From Cyanobacteria bacterium auto_48_18 (GTDB lineage Bacteria > Cyanobacteriota > Vampirovibrionia > Obscuribacterales > Obscuribacteraceae), in NCBI GenBank assembly GCA_036170915.1, contig JAVHQC010000020.1, positions 32,001 to 96,000 of the forward strand: a stretch of 64,000 nt of DNA, written 5' to 3'. The translations under genes and the position numbers were made by a program. Each line of letters opens with the position of its first letter. The first letter of the stretch is position 1. Shown here piece after piece: positions 47,746 through 58,030 of this stretch. The notes beneath the pieces are model-generated. The model was not told where the DNA came from. It worked only from the letters and a program-made list of their open reading frames with translations, and ran no database searches.

Positions 47746-49713
47746 TTGAAATTTCCAGTTAAGCTCATGCTTTTATTAGCGTTTTGTTTTGCGGCAGTCG
47801 CTGCCGGAAATGGCGTGATCTTCGATACTCTTATAACTTCTGTATCGGCTCAAGCGCCTGCGAAAGACGCTGCCGAGCCCATTTATGTTACACCACATCT
47901 GGTGGCAAATACCACTGGTATCGTTGCCGGTGAAAAGTTTAAGATCGGCGTTCACCTTGATATGGCGCCAAACTGGCACACGTATTATAAAGAGCCTGGT
48001 GATGCCGGAATGAAGACAAGCATTGATTGGCAACTGCCTCCTGGTTTTAAGGCCTCTGAGCTGATCTGGCAGAAACCTGAAAAGTTTGTAGACGCTGGAA
48101 TTGTCACTTACGGTTATCACGACAAAGCGCTTTTAGCGGCTGAAGTGACTGCGCCATCTGATTTAAAAGCAGGCACCATGCTTACTTTTAAAGCGAGTGT
48201 GAAATGGTTGTCGTGCAAAGACATTTGTTTGCCCGGCAAAGGCGAAGTTACATTGCAACTGCCGGTGGTCAATAAAGGTGAGGCAATCGCCTCGCCCCAG
48301 GCAGCAGAATTCGACGCGCTCGGTAATGGTTTTACTGGCTCCGTTAAAGACTTAGAAGCTATGCCCACCAGCTCCAAAACCGGCCCTTTACCGACAGACA
48401 AAGTCTCTGTTTTAGACGCAAATTATAAAGTGGATGGCACTGCCGATGGTGGCTTGCTGGGTTTTCTCGGTGGGGCACTGGTTGGTGGATTGATTCTTAA
48501 TATCATGCCTTGTGTTTTACCAGTGATTGCTATTAAGGTGATGAGCTTTCTTGAGCAGGCGCAAGATTCACCAGCCCGAGTGCGTTTGCTGGGTATAGTT
48601 TTTTCGGCCGGCATTATTTCGTCTTTTATGGCTCTGGCAGCCCTTGTTATTGCTCTTAAGGCTGCTGGTCAAACTATTGGCTGGGGTTTCCAATTTCAGT
48701 ATCCCGGATTTTTGATCATCATGTGCGCTGTAGTTTTACTCATGTCTTTGTCGTTTTTTGGCTTGTTTTACGTCAATATTGCCGTCAACCAGGACGTCGA
48801 TAAACTCTCGCAGAAAGAAGGCATCATCGGCACTTTTTTTAAGGGTGTGCTGGCTACAGTTTTATCTACTCCATGTACGGCACCGCTGCTGGCGCCAGCT
48901 CTGGGCTTCGCTTTTGCGCAACCGGCTCATATTATCGCCGCCATATTTTTCAGCGCCGGCCTGGGCATGTCGCTGCCCTATTTGCTTTTGACTTTCAATC
49001 CGGCCTGGTTGCAAAAATTACCAAAGCCCGGAGCCTGGATGGAAAAATTCAAACAATCCATGGGCTTTATTTTGCTTGCCACCATGGTTTGGCTAGATTT
49101 CGTTTTAACTAAACAAATTGGTGCTGAGCCTGCATCTTTTGTTAATTACTGGCTTGTTGCTCTAGCCTTTGCTGCCTGGATTGTTGCTTCATTTACTGAT
49201 TTGACCAGCAGTGTTGAGCGCAAAACTAAAGTTTGGACGATTGCAGTGCTGATGGTAGTAGCAATGACCTGGCTCTGCCTCATCGCTCAGCCTCAGGTGT
49301 GGGCGGCATTGCTTAATACTCAAACGGACGATGCTCCGGCACCACAGTCGACCAGCGGTGACTATGTCAACTTCACTGTAGAAAAATTGAATCAATTGCT
49401 TTCAGAAAATAAAACAGTGTTACTCGACTTCACAGCCGACTGGTGTCAGACCTGCCAGGTGAATGAAAAGACAGTGCTCTCGAACAGCGCCGTGCAGGCC
49501 AAAATAAAGGCTCTTGGTGTTGTCTCCATGCGCGCAGACTGGACAAAACAAGATCCTGATATAACAAAACTCCTGAGCAAGTTTGGTCGCGCAGGAGTTC
49601 CGTTATATGTGATTTTCCCTGCCGGTAAAGCGCAGTCACCAATTGTCTTGCCTGAAATAATTACAGTACAACTAGTGCTCGATAGTTTGGATAAGGCCGG
49701 CAAGAGTCAATAA
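47746..49713 (+). CDS. dsbD: DsbD-family thiol:disulfide interchange protein (N-terminal Ig-like, TM and thioredoxin domains)
   Basis: WHTYYKEPG and CKDIC in the N-terminal domain, MPCVLP and TPCTAP in the TM domain, and WCQTC in the thioredoxin domain. Confidence 0.88.
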   Translation: MKFPVKLMLLLAFCFAAVAAGNGVIFDTLITSVSAQAPAKDAAEPIYVTPHLVANTTGIVAGEKFKIGVHLDMAPNWHTYYKEPGDAGMKTSIDWQLPPGFKASELIWQKPEKFVDAGIVTYGYHDKALLAAEVTAPSDLKAGTMLTFKASVKWLSCKDICLPGKGEVTLQLPVVNKGEAIASPQAAEFDALGNGFTGSVKDLEAMPTSSKTGPLPTDKVSVLDANYKVDGTADGGLLGFLGGALVGGLILNIMPCVLPVIAIKVMSFLEQAQDSPARVRLLGIVFSAGIISSFMALAALVIALKAAGQTIGWGFQFQYPGFLIIMCAVVLLMSLSFFGLFYVNIAVNQDVDKLSQKEGIIGTFFKGVLATVLSTPCTAPLLAPALGFAFAQPAHIIAAIFFSAGLGMSLPYLLLTFNPAWLQKLPKPGAWMEKFKQSMGFILLATMVWLDFVLTKQIGAEPASFVNYWLVALAFAAWIVASFTDLTSSVERKTKVWTIAVLMVVAMTWLCLIAQPQVWAALLNTQTDDAPAPQSTSGDYVNFTVEKLNQLLSENKTVLLDFTADWCQTCQVNEKTVLSNSAVQAKIKALGVVSMRADWTKQDPDITKLLSKFGRAGVPLYVIFPAGKAQSPIVLPEIITVQLVLDSLDKAGKSQ

Positions 49714-49735
49714 GAGTCAGTATTTAAGTCTAAGG

Positions 49736-50215
49736 TTACTTTAACTCTTTGACGATCGCCAACAGTTCGGTATTAGTCGGCATGCCTTCAACTACGTGGC
49801 GAATGACACCGCTCTTGTCGATGACAAAAAGCACTCGGCTGGCTGTGGCTTTGCCTTCGGTAACTGTGCCATAGAGTTTGCCTACTTGACCGCCTTGATC
49901 AGCCAGGAGAGGCTGCTTCAAGGTGAATTTAGCGACAAATTTTTCGTGAGAGGCCACGCTGTCGGTGGATATACCAAGCAACTGAGTGTGGTGCTCGGCG
50001 AATGTGCCCAGGTCTTCCGAGAAAGCACACATTTCTTTTGTGCATCCTGGTGTATCGTCTTTGGGATAGAACGCCAAAATTACATTTTTAGAACCGGCAT
50101 AGTCAGCCAGTTTGATGTTGCCGGCTGCTTGACCGTGAACGAAAGCAGGCAGATCAAAAGCGGGAGCTTTGTCGCCGACTTTCAAAATGCTGCTTGTGGT
50201 TTGTGGTGATGTCAT
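49736..50215 (-). CDS. bcp: Peroxiredoxin, BCP/PrxQ type
   Basis: FYPKDDTPGCTKEMC motif. Confidence 0.9.
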   Translation of the reverse strand: MTSPQTTSSILKVGDKAPAFDLPAFVHGQAAGNIKLADYAGSKNVILAFYPKDDTPGCTKEMCAFSEDLGTFAEHHTQLLGISTDSVASHEKFVAKFTLKQPLLADQGGQVGKLYGTVTEGKATASRVLFVIDKSGVIRHVVEGMPTNTELLAIVKELK

Positions 50216-50314
50216 GATTCTCTCCTAAATAGAGCTTTGCTTGAAGCATTCTTACAGAAGCCAGAGCAGATCTATCCATCTCCAAGCATCTATTTAGGAT
50301 TGTGTACGGAGAAT

Positions 50315-53300
50315 TTAAGTGCCGTGAATGGTTTTTTGAATCGTTTCAAGCAGTCCGTCGATTTTGCTTAGATCGGTCTGTTCAATGAATACCGCCAAAA
50401 TGCCCACTTCAACATCGGTAAGCAAAGTGCTTTTGAAGATTTCTTTGCCGTCATCTGTAGTCAGTTTAGTGAGCAATACCATTTGTTTGAGCTTGCCGAT
50501 TTCAAGCTTTTTCGTAGCCAGGTTGGAAGTAGAAAGCAACGCTGTGGAAAGCGCTCCCAACATGTCTTTATCCGAACCGGTAACTGTAGAAGCTATAACA
50601 AGGCCGTCATGACCGACGATTAAACTGCCGGCGACACCTTCGTACGAATCTATGGTCACCAGAATTTGTTTGATGCCCTCACCACGAGCAGCACTGATTA
50701 CCTTAGCTGTCGAAAGACCGCTGCCGATTTTTCTATTTTCGCCACTCTTGATGATGTTCTCGACAGCTTTAACATCAAGTAAAAGCTTGCCGATGGTCTT
50801 CATGGTGCCGACAGTTTCAGGCGCTGATTTGAGTGATCCGGAGCGGGTCGAAAGGCGGCCAAACTCTTTTACTTCTTTGTAGTTAGGACCTTTAGCATCA
50901 GAGTCTTTCTTATCTTCAGTTTTGGCAGCAGCTTTTTCTTCTGTGGCTGGTTTTTCTTCTGCTGCTGATTCGACTTTGGCTTTAACTTGCTCAGCTTGTT
51001 CGGCCGTCATCGCCGGCATATCACCTGTAGAACGAGGAGAAGGCGGTTTGGCCTCAGCTTTTGCAGCAGTTTCTGCTTTTGCTGCCGATTCTGCTTCTAC
51101 TATGGTGCCTTTAACTTTGGCCAAAGTTTCGGGGCTTACTTCCAGCTGTTTGTCATCAGTCAATTCAGAGAATAAATTGTCGAGGTCTTCGCCTAGCGTC
51201 TCTCCGAAGAGGCCTTCTTCTTGCTCGGATTCTGCTTCTGCTTCAACTTGAACCTCAGGTGGGCTGAAGTCTTCAACTTTTGCAGCGGCGGTAGCTCTAG
51301 GTTTAAGAACGTCCTTAACTTCTTTCAGAGCTTCAGGAGGTGCAAGTTCTGAGAAAATATTATCGATGTCAGAGTCGACGCCGGCACCAAATAAGGTGCC
51401 TCCCGATTCTTCGTCATCGCTAGCTTCGATATCTTCAGCGGCTTGAGTTAACGGTTCCGATTTCGATTCTAAGGCTGCTGCCAGCGCGTCACGGTCCGGT
51501 GCCGCTGCTGATAGGCCAGAAATCATGCTGGCGACGTCAGGGTCTACGTCTTCACTTTTCGTGAAAGCTTGACCCACTTCTTTTTGAGCTTCAGGAGGAG
51601 CAAGTTCTGAGAAAATATCGTCAATATCAGAGTCTACGCCGCCCTCAAATAAACCAGTGGGCTCTTCTTCTTCTTGTTCTTCAGGGGCCGTCTCGTTTGT
51701 CAGTTCACCTTCGCCATCTTGAGCGGTTTCTAGAGGTGCACTTAAAAGCGGGCTTAGTTCAACTTCTACAGTTTTAGCAAATGGGTCTTCTGCCTGGTCA
51801 GAGGCAAAACTAACAGACTCGGCGCTTGCAACTTCTTTTTGGGCTTCAGGAGGAGCAAGATCTGAGAAGAGATTATCAATGTCTTTGTCTACGCCACCAG
51901 CAAATAGTGCTTCGCCTTCTTCCTCTTGATCTTCGTCGGCAGCATTAGACTCAGCCGTGTCAAGCAAATTTGCCAGTGAAGGGGCTTCAGCCGCGGCAGA
52001 CGCCGTTAAGCGATCGCTCAGACTTGAATGATTACCGCTGGCGGTTGCTTCTGTAATTTTTGTAGCTTCTTTTGTAGCTTCCTGCGCAGCAGCTGCTGCT
52101 TCTAATGCCGCCATTTCTTTAGCTTTTGCTAGAGCTGCCTGAACCGCAGCCGATGGAATTGCACCGGTTGAGTCAGGTGTGGCAACAGCAATGCTGTCCA
52201 TAGCAGATGAACTCGAACTCGAGGCAACAGTGACTTCAAGATGTCCATCTTCTTTGAAGACCGTATCTAAAACCAGTTCAACAGGAGGTGTCAATGCTTG
52301 TGCCGGCTCTTGAACGTGGTCATCGTCCAGGCGGTCGAGCAAACTTTTCAGACTGTCAGGTTCTGCCTGAGGAGTAGTGTCGCGAACTTGTGGCGTGAGC
52401 GAGCCGGTGCCACTGGCAGAAAGTGACTGCAACTTGGTGAAAGTGCTGGTATTTCGGCGCTTCATCGCTTGCAAGCGGGTGTTCGATGCTGTAGGCGAAT
52501 CTAAACTACTGGGCGCGTTGACGGCGGCCTGTGCACTCACTTGTGGCTGCACGCTGGGTTGAGATGCGGCTTCGGCAGTGGCTTGAGGACTGGCTTGCGA
52601 AGTGGCAGTAGCGAATGGTTCGCTTGGAGTGACTGTTTTGCTGGACTGGCTTGTTGGTCTGAAACTGCCCATCATGCCGGTGGAGACACTTTCCTTAGTA
52701 TCAACCTTTTCGTCGAGCGCGGCAATTTCAAGTGGATCAAATTGTGGTTCAAAGGTTGGCTCTGGCTTCGGCGCTTCTACTGGTTGCTTGGCTGGAGGAA
52801 TATACTCGCCAGCATCTTCACCCTCGATAGCGGCCGGTTCATCGCCAATGCGGTCTAGTAGACTGGCCAAGCTTCCCGCGTCGCCTGAATTTTCAGGAGT
52901 GCGTTTGGGCATTTCTCTGGGCACTGACACAGCAGGCCCCGTGAGGGTCTGAGACGGATCTTGCAAACTGATAGCTTTGAGATTGGTCATGGTGGAGCGC
53001 AAGCTGCGTCCGTCTGCCTGAGCTTCTGCGTGCGATGCGGCTTTTTCCCATTTATTTTGCGTTTCAGGGTCGACTTTTACGGCTTTCAGGCGTCCCAGTT
53101 GGGCTTCAGCAACTTTGGCGTCGGCGAAGCTGCTCATTTGCTCAGCCTGCATCAAGTTGACTGCTGAAATCATGGCGAGAATATTCATAAAGCCGAGAGT
53201 GAAGGCGTTAAAGTGAACGAGCCAGCCATCTTGAATCAAGGCAAAGCGGTAGACTCGATCGATTTCCGTCATCACGCACAGATCGGCGATCATGCCGAAT

Positions 53301-53542
53301 CCGGCAATCATGGCAAGAGTCCAGAAATACGCGCCAATCTGTTGAATGGTGGGGCAGGTGCGGTATTGATAACAAGCAAATAGCAGTGGCAGGATTATCT
53401 GAGCGGGCAAAATCCATAGAATCGGCAGGTCGAAGTTCGATCCTGCACCGAACGGATTCAGACGCATCACGGTCATTATGGCTGCGCCGCCTAACAAAGC
53501 CAGCAAGCCAATTAAACTCTTCCGGAATCTGAGCCTGTACAT
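50315..53542 (-). CDS. Membrane-anchored acidic disordered protein with a C-terminal Roadblock/LC7 (MglB-like) domain
   Basis: About four N-terminal hydrophobic segments. The C-terminus EGVAGSLIVGHDGLVIAS...LGALSTALL...LEIGKLKQMVL is a Roadblock signature. Confidence 0.82.
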   Translation of the reverse strand: MYRLRFRKSLIGLLALLGGAAIMTVMRLNPFGAGSNFDLPILWILPAQIILPLLFACYQYRTCPTIQQIGAYFWTLAMIAGFGMIADLCVMTEIDRVYRFALIQDGWLVHFNAFTLGFMNILAMISAVNLMQAEQMSSFADAKVAEAQLGRLKAVKVDPETQNKWEKAASHAEAQADGRSLRSTMTNLKAISLQDPSQTLTGPAVSVPREMPKRTPENSGDAGSLASLLDRIGDEPAAIEGEDAGEYIPPAKQPVEAPKPEPTFEPQFDPLEIAALDEKVDTKESVSTGMMGSFRPTSQSSKTVTPSEPFATATSQASPQATAEAASQPSVQPQVSAQAAVNAPSSLDSPTASNTRLQAMKRRNTSTFTKLQSLSASGTGSLTPQVRDTTPQAEPDSLKSLLDRLDDDHVQEPAQALTPPVELVLDTVFKEDGHLEVTVASSSSSSAMDSIAVATPDSTGAIPSAAVQAALAKAKEMAALEAAAAAQEATKEATKITEATASGNHSSLSDRLTASAAAEAPSLANLLDTAESNAADEDQEEEGEALFAGGVDKDIDNLFSDLAPPEAQKEVASAESVSFASDQAEDPFAKTVEVELSPLLSAPLETAQDGEGELTNETAPEEQEEEEPTGLFEGGVDSDIDDIFSELAPPEAQKEVGQAFTKSEDVDPDVASMISGLSAAAPDRDALAAALESKSEPLTQAAEDIEASDDEESGGTLFGAGVDSDIDNIFSELAPPEALKEVKDVLKPRATAAAKVEDFSPPEVQVEAEAESEQEEGLFGETLGEDLDNLFSELTDDKQLEVSPETLAKVKGTIVEAESAAKAETAAKAEAKPPSPRSTGDMPAMTAEQAEQVKAKVESAAEEKPATEEKAAAKTEDKKDSDAKGPNYKEVKEFGRLSTRSGSLKSAPETVGTMKTIGKLLLDVKAVENIIKSGENRKIGSGLSTAKVISAARGEGIKQILVTIDSYEGVAGSLIVGHDGLVIASTVTGSDKDMLGALSTALLSTSNLATKKLEIGKLKQMVLLTKLTTDDGKEIFKSTLLTDVEVGILAVFIEQTDLSKIDGLLETIQKTIHGT
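51137..51907 (-). repeat. Four intragenic ~26-aa repeats, LF.GGVD.DID..FS.LAPPEA.KEV
   Basis: Copies near 51830-51907, 51573-51652 and 51317-51394, plus a degenerate copy at 51137-51211. Similarity is also visible at the DNA level. Confidence 0.85.
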
Positions 53543-53708
53543 GAATTCTTGCTAGTCTACCTTTCCTTGTCCCAAGCCATTTAAGGGTTGCTTCCTTTAT
53601 ACCCGGCCCTAAACAAGATTACTAACAGTCCAAAATTTCCACTACCAACTAATTTGTCATTAGCCGTTTGTCAGTAGAACTTATTTAGAAGCATTATTCT
53701 GAGCTAGT

Positions 53709-56288
53709 TTATAGTCTAAACGACGCGGCCAAATCGCGGCTCAAAGTTTCTCGAATGCCGGTAAGAACTTTGTCGATTTCTTCGTTGGCAATAGGCTCGG
53801 TGGCGTGTTGAAAAGTCAATCGGCAGGTTATAGCAGACTGCTTGGATTCTGGTGAGGCTTTGTAGATGCTTACCAGTTCCACTGTTTGCAAGTTAACACC
53901 ACCCGCCTTCCAGATTAGTTTGGAGAGCTGCTCATAGAGCACTTCTTTATCAGTCACATCAAAGTCAGCAGTAATGTCTCTTACTATTTCTGGGCCCGTG
54001 GCAATACCAGCAAATTTCTTTGGTTTGCGTTCTTTTTTCAAGCGGTCGAGATCAAGTTCGAAAATAAATGCTTGTTCGCGCACGTCTTTGCTGTCGGCAA
54101 AGCGTGGATGCAATTGCCCCACGTAGCCAAGTGTAATATTGCTTTCAAAAATGCTGCTTGATTTCTCTGAGTCTTTCTTGGGTTTGGCAGGCCGATTTAG
54201 GGTTAAAACCGCCGATCTGTATGGGTGAAGCCAGGGATACAAATCACTTTCATTTGACAACGTATGCCAGGCAAGCTTGCGTGCGTCAATATTGAGCACA
54301 CTAAGTAGATTCTCCACTATGCCTTTGACTGAATAGAAATCTACCTCTAAGCCTTTTTTGTTGAAGGCTTTAAAACTCTGTCCGCAAACCAGACCAGCCA
54401 GATGATTATTTTCCTTGACGCCGGTTTTAATTTCTTTGCCGCTCTTGCCCTGATTATCGGCAATGTTTTCTAAGTCTTTAAAATAAACTCGACCATGTTC
54501 AAACAACCACACGTCTTTGCGACCGTGATCTTGATTGTAACTGCAGGCATTGACCAGACCCGGTATAAGACTCTGACGCATCAGCTGGTGATCTTTTGAA
54601 AGTGGATTGAGAACTTGGACGGCAAGATCCATGCAGGCGCCTTCTTGATCAATGGGCACCAGACTCGATAACCATGCTTCTGATAATCCCTGGCCGGTAA
54701 GGCAATTTCTGGCTAACTGCAAAGTATCGTCTGGCAAGGAAACAGCCATGGTGGCAGCGGGCATGCAAGCGACAATTTGATCGTAGCCGTTGAGGCGGCA
54801 AACCTCTTCGATGAGATCAATTTCGCGCTTCACGTCATTGATGCGAAAACTGGGCACCATTACTTCAATTTGTTCGCCGGTACCACTGACTGAAAACCCG
54901 AGCGGGGTAAGCAGCTCACTGACTCGTTCGGCGCTCACTTCAAGACCGAGCAACCGTTTAATTTGTGAAGACCGCAATGGTACTTTGGCGGTGCTGACGT
55001 GGTCTGAACCGGCTTGCAGTAAAGGGCCAATCTTAATATTGGCGTCAACGCCAGGCTCTGATTTTTCACCGCAATATTTGGCAATCAAGTATGCCGCCCG
55101 CTCGGCTGCATGACGCACGCTGGCTGGGTCTATACCGCGTTCGAAGCGTAAGCTGGCGTCGCTGGAAAGTCCAAGTGAACGGGAAGCGCGGCGCACCACC
55201 GCTGGGGCAAAGCAGGCCGCTTCGATAATGAGAGCGGTTGAGTGATCATCAATTTCACTATCTTTTCCACCCATAACTCCGGCCACGCCAACTACGGTGT
55301 CACCGTCGGCGATGACGAGCATTTCTTCAGTCAACTTGCGTTCTTTAGCATCAATGGTGGTGATGCTCTCACCGGCTCGGGCGCGTCTCACGGTCAAAGC
55401 GTCGTTGCTTATTCTTTTAACGTCATAAGCGTGCAAAGGCTGCCCGAGTTCATGCATAACATAATTGGTGATATCAACAACATTGTTGACGGTGCGCATA
55501 CCAATTGCAGTGAGGCGCGAGGCTATGAGTGGATGGGAAGGTCCAATTTTAATACCCTCAATTACTCGTAAGGTAATAAACGGGCAGTCACCATTATCAG
55601 GAGTTTCGATGACGGCCCGATTGAATTTTGATGTGGTAGCAGCGTATTTGAGCTCATTCATTGACCAGGTTGATGGCTTAAGCGGACGGCCGAAAAGTGC
55701 TGCCACTTCGCGAGCCAAGCCCATGACAGACAGAGCGTCGCCACGGTTGGAGCGCGGTTCTACGTGCAGAATGAAATCTCGCTGAATTGGCAACAGCTGA
55801 AGAATATCGGTGCCCAACTGAGGGGCTGGTTCGTTTTTATTTTCGTTTAAAATTAAAATGCCGTCTTTAGTGGCACTATCAGTGATGCCGAGTTCAGGAG
55901 GCGAGCAGAGCATGCCGTTCGATTGCACACCGCGTATGGCCGAGGCTTTGATTAGCAGAGGTGAGCCATCGTGGCGATTAATTACTTTTGCACCTGGCAA
56001 AGCTACTGGTATCAGTTGCCCAACTTCAATATTTCCGGCACCACATACGATATCGAGGGGTTCAGCGCCTGCCTTGATGCGGGTTTTGGTCAACCTGATT
56101 TTGTCAGCATTGGGATGCTGAGTAATTTCAAGAATTTCACCGACCACAATCGGACCTGTAAGATCAGGCCCAACCAGAGTTACTTCTTCTACTTCAAAAG
56201 CTCCCATAGTGAGCTTTTCAGCAACCTGGTGAGCTGTGAGGCCACTGAGGTCAACAAACTCAGATAGCCAGTCGAATGAAAGTTTCAT
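53709..56288 (-). CDS. pheT: Phenylalanine-tRNA ligase beta subunit
   Basis: HPNADK, IVCGA.N, SNRGDALS, NNVVDITNYV, RFERG and REIDLIEEV.R motifs. Confidence 0.97.
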   Translation of the reverse strand: MKLSFDWLSEFVDLSGLTAHQVAEKLTMGAFEVEEVTLVGPDLTGPIVVGEILEITQHPNADKIRLTKTRIKAGAEPLDIVCGAGNIEVGQLIPVALPGAKVINRHDGSPLLIKASAIRGVQSNGMLCSPPELGITDSATKDGILILNENKNEPAPQLGTDILQLLPIQRDFILHVEPRSNRGDALSVMGLAREVAALFGRPLKPSTWSMNELKYAATTSKFNRAVIETPDNGDCPFITLRVIEGIKIGPSHPLIASRLTAIGMRTVNNVVDITNYVMHELGQPLHAYDVKRISNDALTVRRARAGESITTIDAKERKLTEEMLVIADGDTVVGVAGVMGGKDSEIDDHSTALIIEAACFAPAVVRRASRSLGLSSDASLRFERGIDPASVRHAAERAAYLIAKYCGEKSEPGVDANIKIGPLLQAGSDHVSTAKVPLRSSQIKRLLGLEVSAERVSELLTPLGFSVSGTGEQIEVMVPSFRINDVKREIDLIEEVCRLNGYDQIVACMPAATMAVSLPDDTLQLARNCLTGQGLSEAWLSSLVPIDQEGACMDLAVQVLNPLSKDHQLMRQSLIPGLVNACSYNQDHGRKDVWLFEHGRVYFKDLENIADNQGKSGKEIKTGVKENNHLAGLVCGQSFKAFNKKGLEVDFYSVKGIVENLLSVLNIDARKLAWHTLSNESDLYPWLHPYRSAVLTLNRPAKPKKDSEKSSSIFESNITLGYVGQLHPRFADSKDVREQAFIFELDLDRLKKERKPKKFAGIATGPEIVRDITADFDVTDKEVLYEQLSKLIWKAGGVNLQTVELVSIYKASPESKQSAITCRLTFQHATEPIANEEIDKVLTGIRETLSRDLAASFRL

Positions 56289-57329
56289 TTAGAACTGCTC
56301 CAGAAAACGCAAGTCATTGGTGTAAAAATTGCGAATATCATTGATGTCATATTTGAGCATGGCCAGCCGCTCTAGCCCCATACCAAAAGCGAATCCACTA
56401 AATTCTTCGGGATCGATGCCAACCCCTTTGAGGACGTTGGGATCAACCATGCCGCAACCTAATAGTTCGAGCCAGCCGCGGCCACCGCAGGTCTTGCAAC
56501 CCTTGCCGCTGCAAAAAGGACATTCGCTGTCGAGCTCTGCGCTTGGCTCTGTAAAGGGAAAGAAGTCAGGTCGAAAACGAATTTTCAATTGCTTTTTAAA
56601 CAGGGCCTGGATGAAAGCAGAGAGCGTGCCCTTTAGCTGACCAAAAGTGACGTCTCGATCAATAAGTAAGCCTTCCACCTGGTGAAAGAGCGGATATTTG
56701 CGCGCGTTCACTTCTTCATTGCGATAGACGCGGCCAGGCGCAATGATGCGCAAAGGCGGCTTGTTGTTTTCCATCACGCGAATTTGCACCGTCGATGTTT
56801 GACTGCGCAAAAGCACTGACTGACCCATGTTGGTGTAAAAAGTATCTTGCTCATCGCGAGCCGGGTGAGAGGCGGGCGTATTGAGGGCGTCGAAGTTATA
56901 ATAGTCGGTTTCTACTTCAGGACCATCTGCTACAGAAAAGCCCATGCTGTAGAAAATGCTGATGATCTCGCTGCTGATTTGCGAAAGTGGATGAATATGT
57001 CCGATGGGAGAGCGAGCACCAGGGGCGGTAACATCGATTGCTTCGCGCGCCAGACGTTCTGTCAAACTGGCATCATAAAGTTGTTTGTGCCTTTCTTCGT
57101 GACTCTGCTCAATTTTTTGTTTGGCCTTGTTGCCCAGTTGGCCGGCAGTAGGGCGAAAAGCTTTATCAAGGCTGGCTAAGCCGCGCAAAATTATTGTCAA
57201 TTCGCCTTCGCGACCCAGATATTGCAATCGCAAATTTTCCAAACCGTCTAAACTGGCGGTGGTTTCAATCGCTGAAAGAGCCGCGCTGACCAGACCGTCT
57301 ATTTTGTTCTCGAATTCTTTGGCATCCAT
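56289..57329 (-). CDS. pheS: Phenylalanine-tRNA ligase alpha subunit
   Basis: HPARDEQDTFY, FHQVEG, FPFTEPS and GFAFGMGLERL motifs. Confidence 0.98.
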   Translation of the reverse strand: MDAKEFENKIDGLVSAALSAIETTASLDGLENLRLQYLGREGELTIILRGLASLDKAFRPTAGQLGNKAKQKIEQSHEERHKQLYDASLTERLAREAIDVTAPGARSPIGHIHPLSQISSEIISIFYSMGFSVADGPEVETDYYNFDALNTPASHPARDEQDTFYTNMGQSVLLRSQTSTVQIRVMENNKPPLRIIAPGRVYRNEEVNARKYPLFHQVEGLLIDRDVTFGQLKGTLSAFIQALFKKQLKIRFRPDFFPFTEPSAELDSECPFCSGKGCKTCGGRGWLELLGCGMVDPNVLKGVGIDPEEFSGFAFGMGLERLAMLKYDINDIRNFYTNDLRFLEQF

Positions 57330-57505
57330 TACTTAGATATCCATTACTGTACTGAACTGAACTAATTTTTTGCTAGATTAGCAGATGAGTCTGCACCATA
57401 ACTTGAAAAGCTGACAGTCGTTGCGATTTGCAATTTTTATCGAGAGAAATTGTCATAAAATAAAACAGTACATTTTCTGACACTGCTGAAATCGCAGGAG
57501 CCAAT

Positions 57506-57985
57506 TTGCCAAGACCTAAATTCAGGAAATTCAGCAGAAGTGCACAAAATATTCCAACCACGCGGGTTTCGGTCATAGTGGTGGCGGACGAACAAATATT
57601 GCTGGTCAAACATCGCAAAGGCAATCGTCAGTATTGGGTTTTGCCAGGGGGCCGGCTCGAGTATGGCGAAAGCTTTGAAGAGTGCGCGGTGCGCGAGATG
57701 AAGGAAGAGACCGGCCTGGAAGTGGCGGTTGACGATTTTGTTTTTCTTTCGGAGGCGATTGCGCCTGACCGTTCGCGACATATTGTCAATGTTTATCTCA
57801 CGGCTCATGTTACCGGCGGTATTTTGAAGTTAGGTGACGAGCCTGTTTTAGCTGCTGTTGACTACTTGCCCATTAAGGATCTGGAGAGCTTAACGCTCTT
57901 TCCACCAGTGGGAAAAACAGTGATTGATTCTTTACCAAGCTCAACGAAAGGCTGCATTCGCTATCTTGGCAATCTCTGGATGTAG
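57506..57985 (+). CDS. Nudix hydrolase
   Basis: Nudix box GGRLEYGESFEECAVREMKEETGL, with an AGGAG RBS before the TTG start. Confidence 0.9.
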   Translation: MPRPKFRKFSRSAQNIPTTRVSVIVVADEQILLVKHRKGNRQYWVLPGGRLEYGESFEECAVREMKEETGLEVAVDDFVFLSEAIAPDRSRHIVNVYLTAHVTGGILKLGDEPVLAAVDYLPIKDLESLTLFPPVGKTVIDSLPSSTKGCIRYLGNLWM

Positions 57986-58030
57986 TATCATTGCCCACTT
58001 GCAAATAACATAATTTCAGGAGATCCAGAA

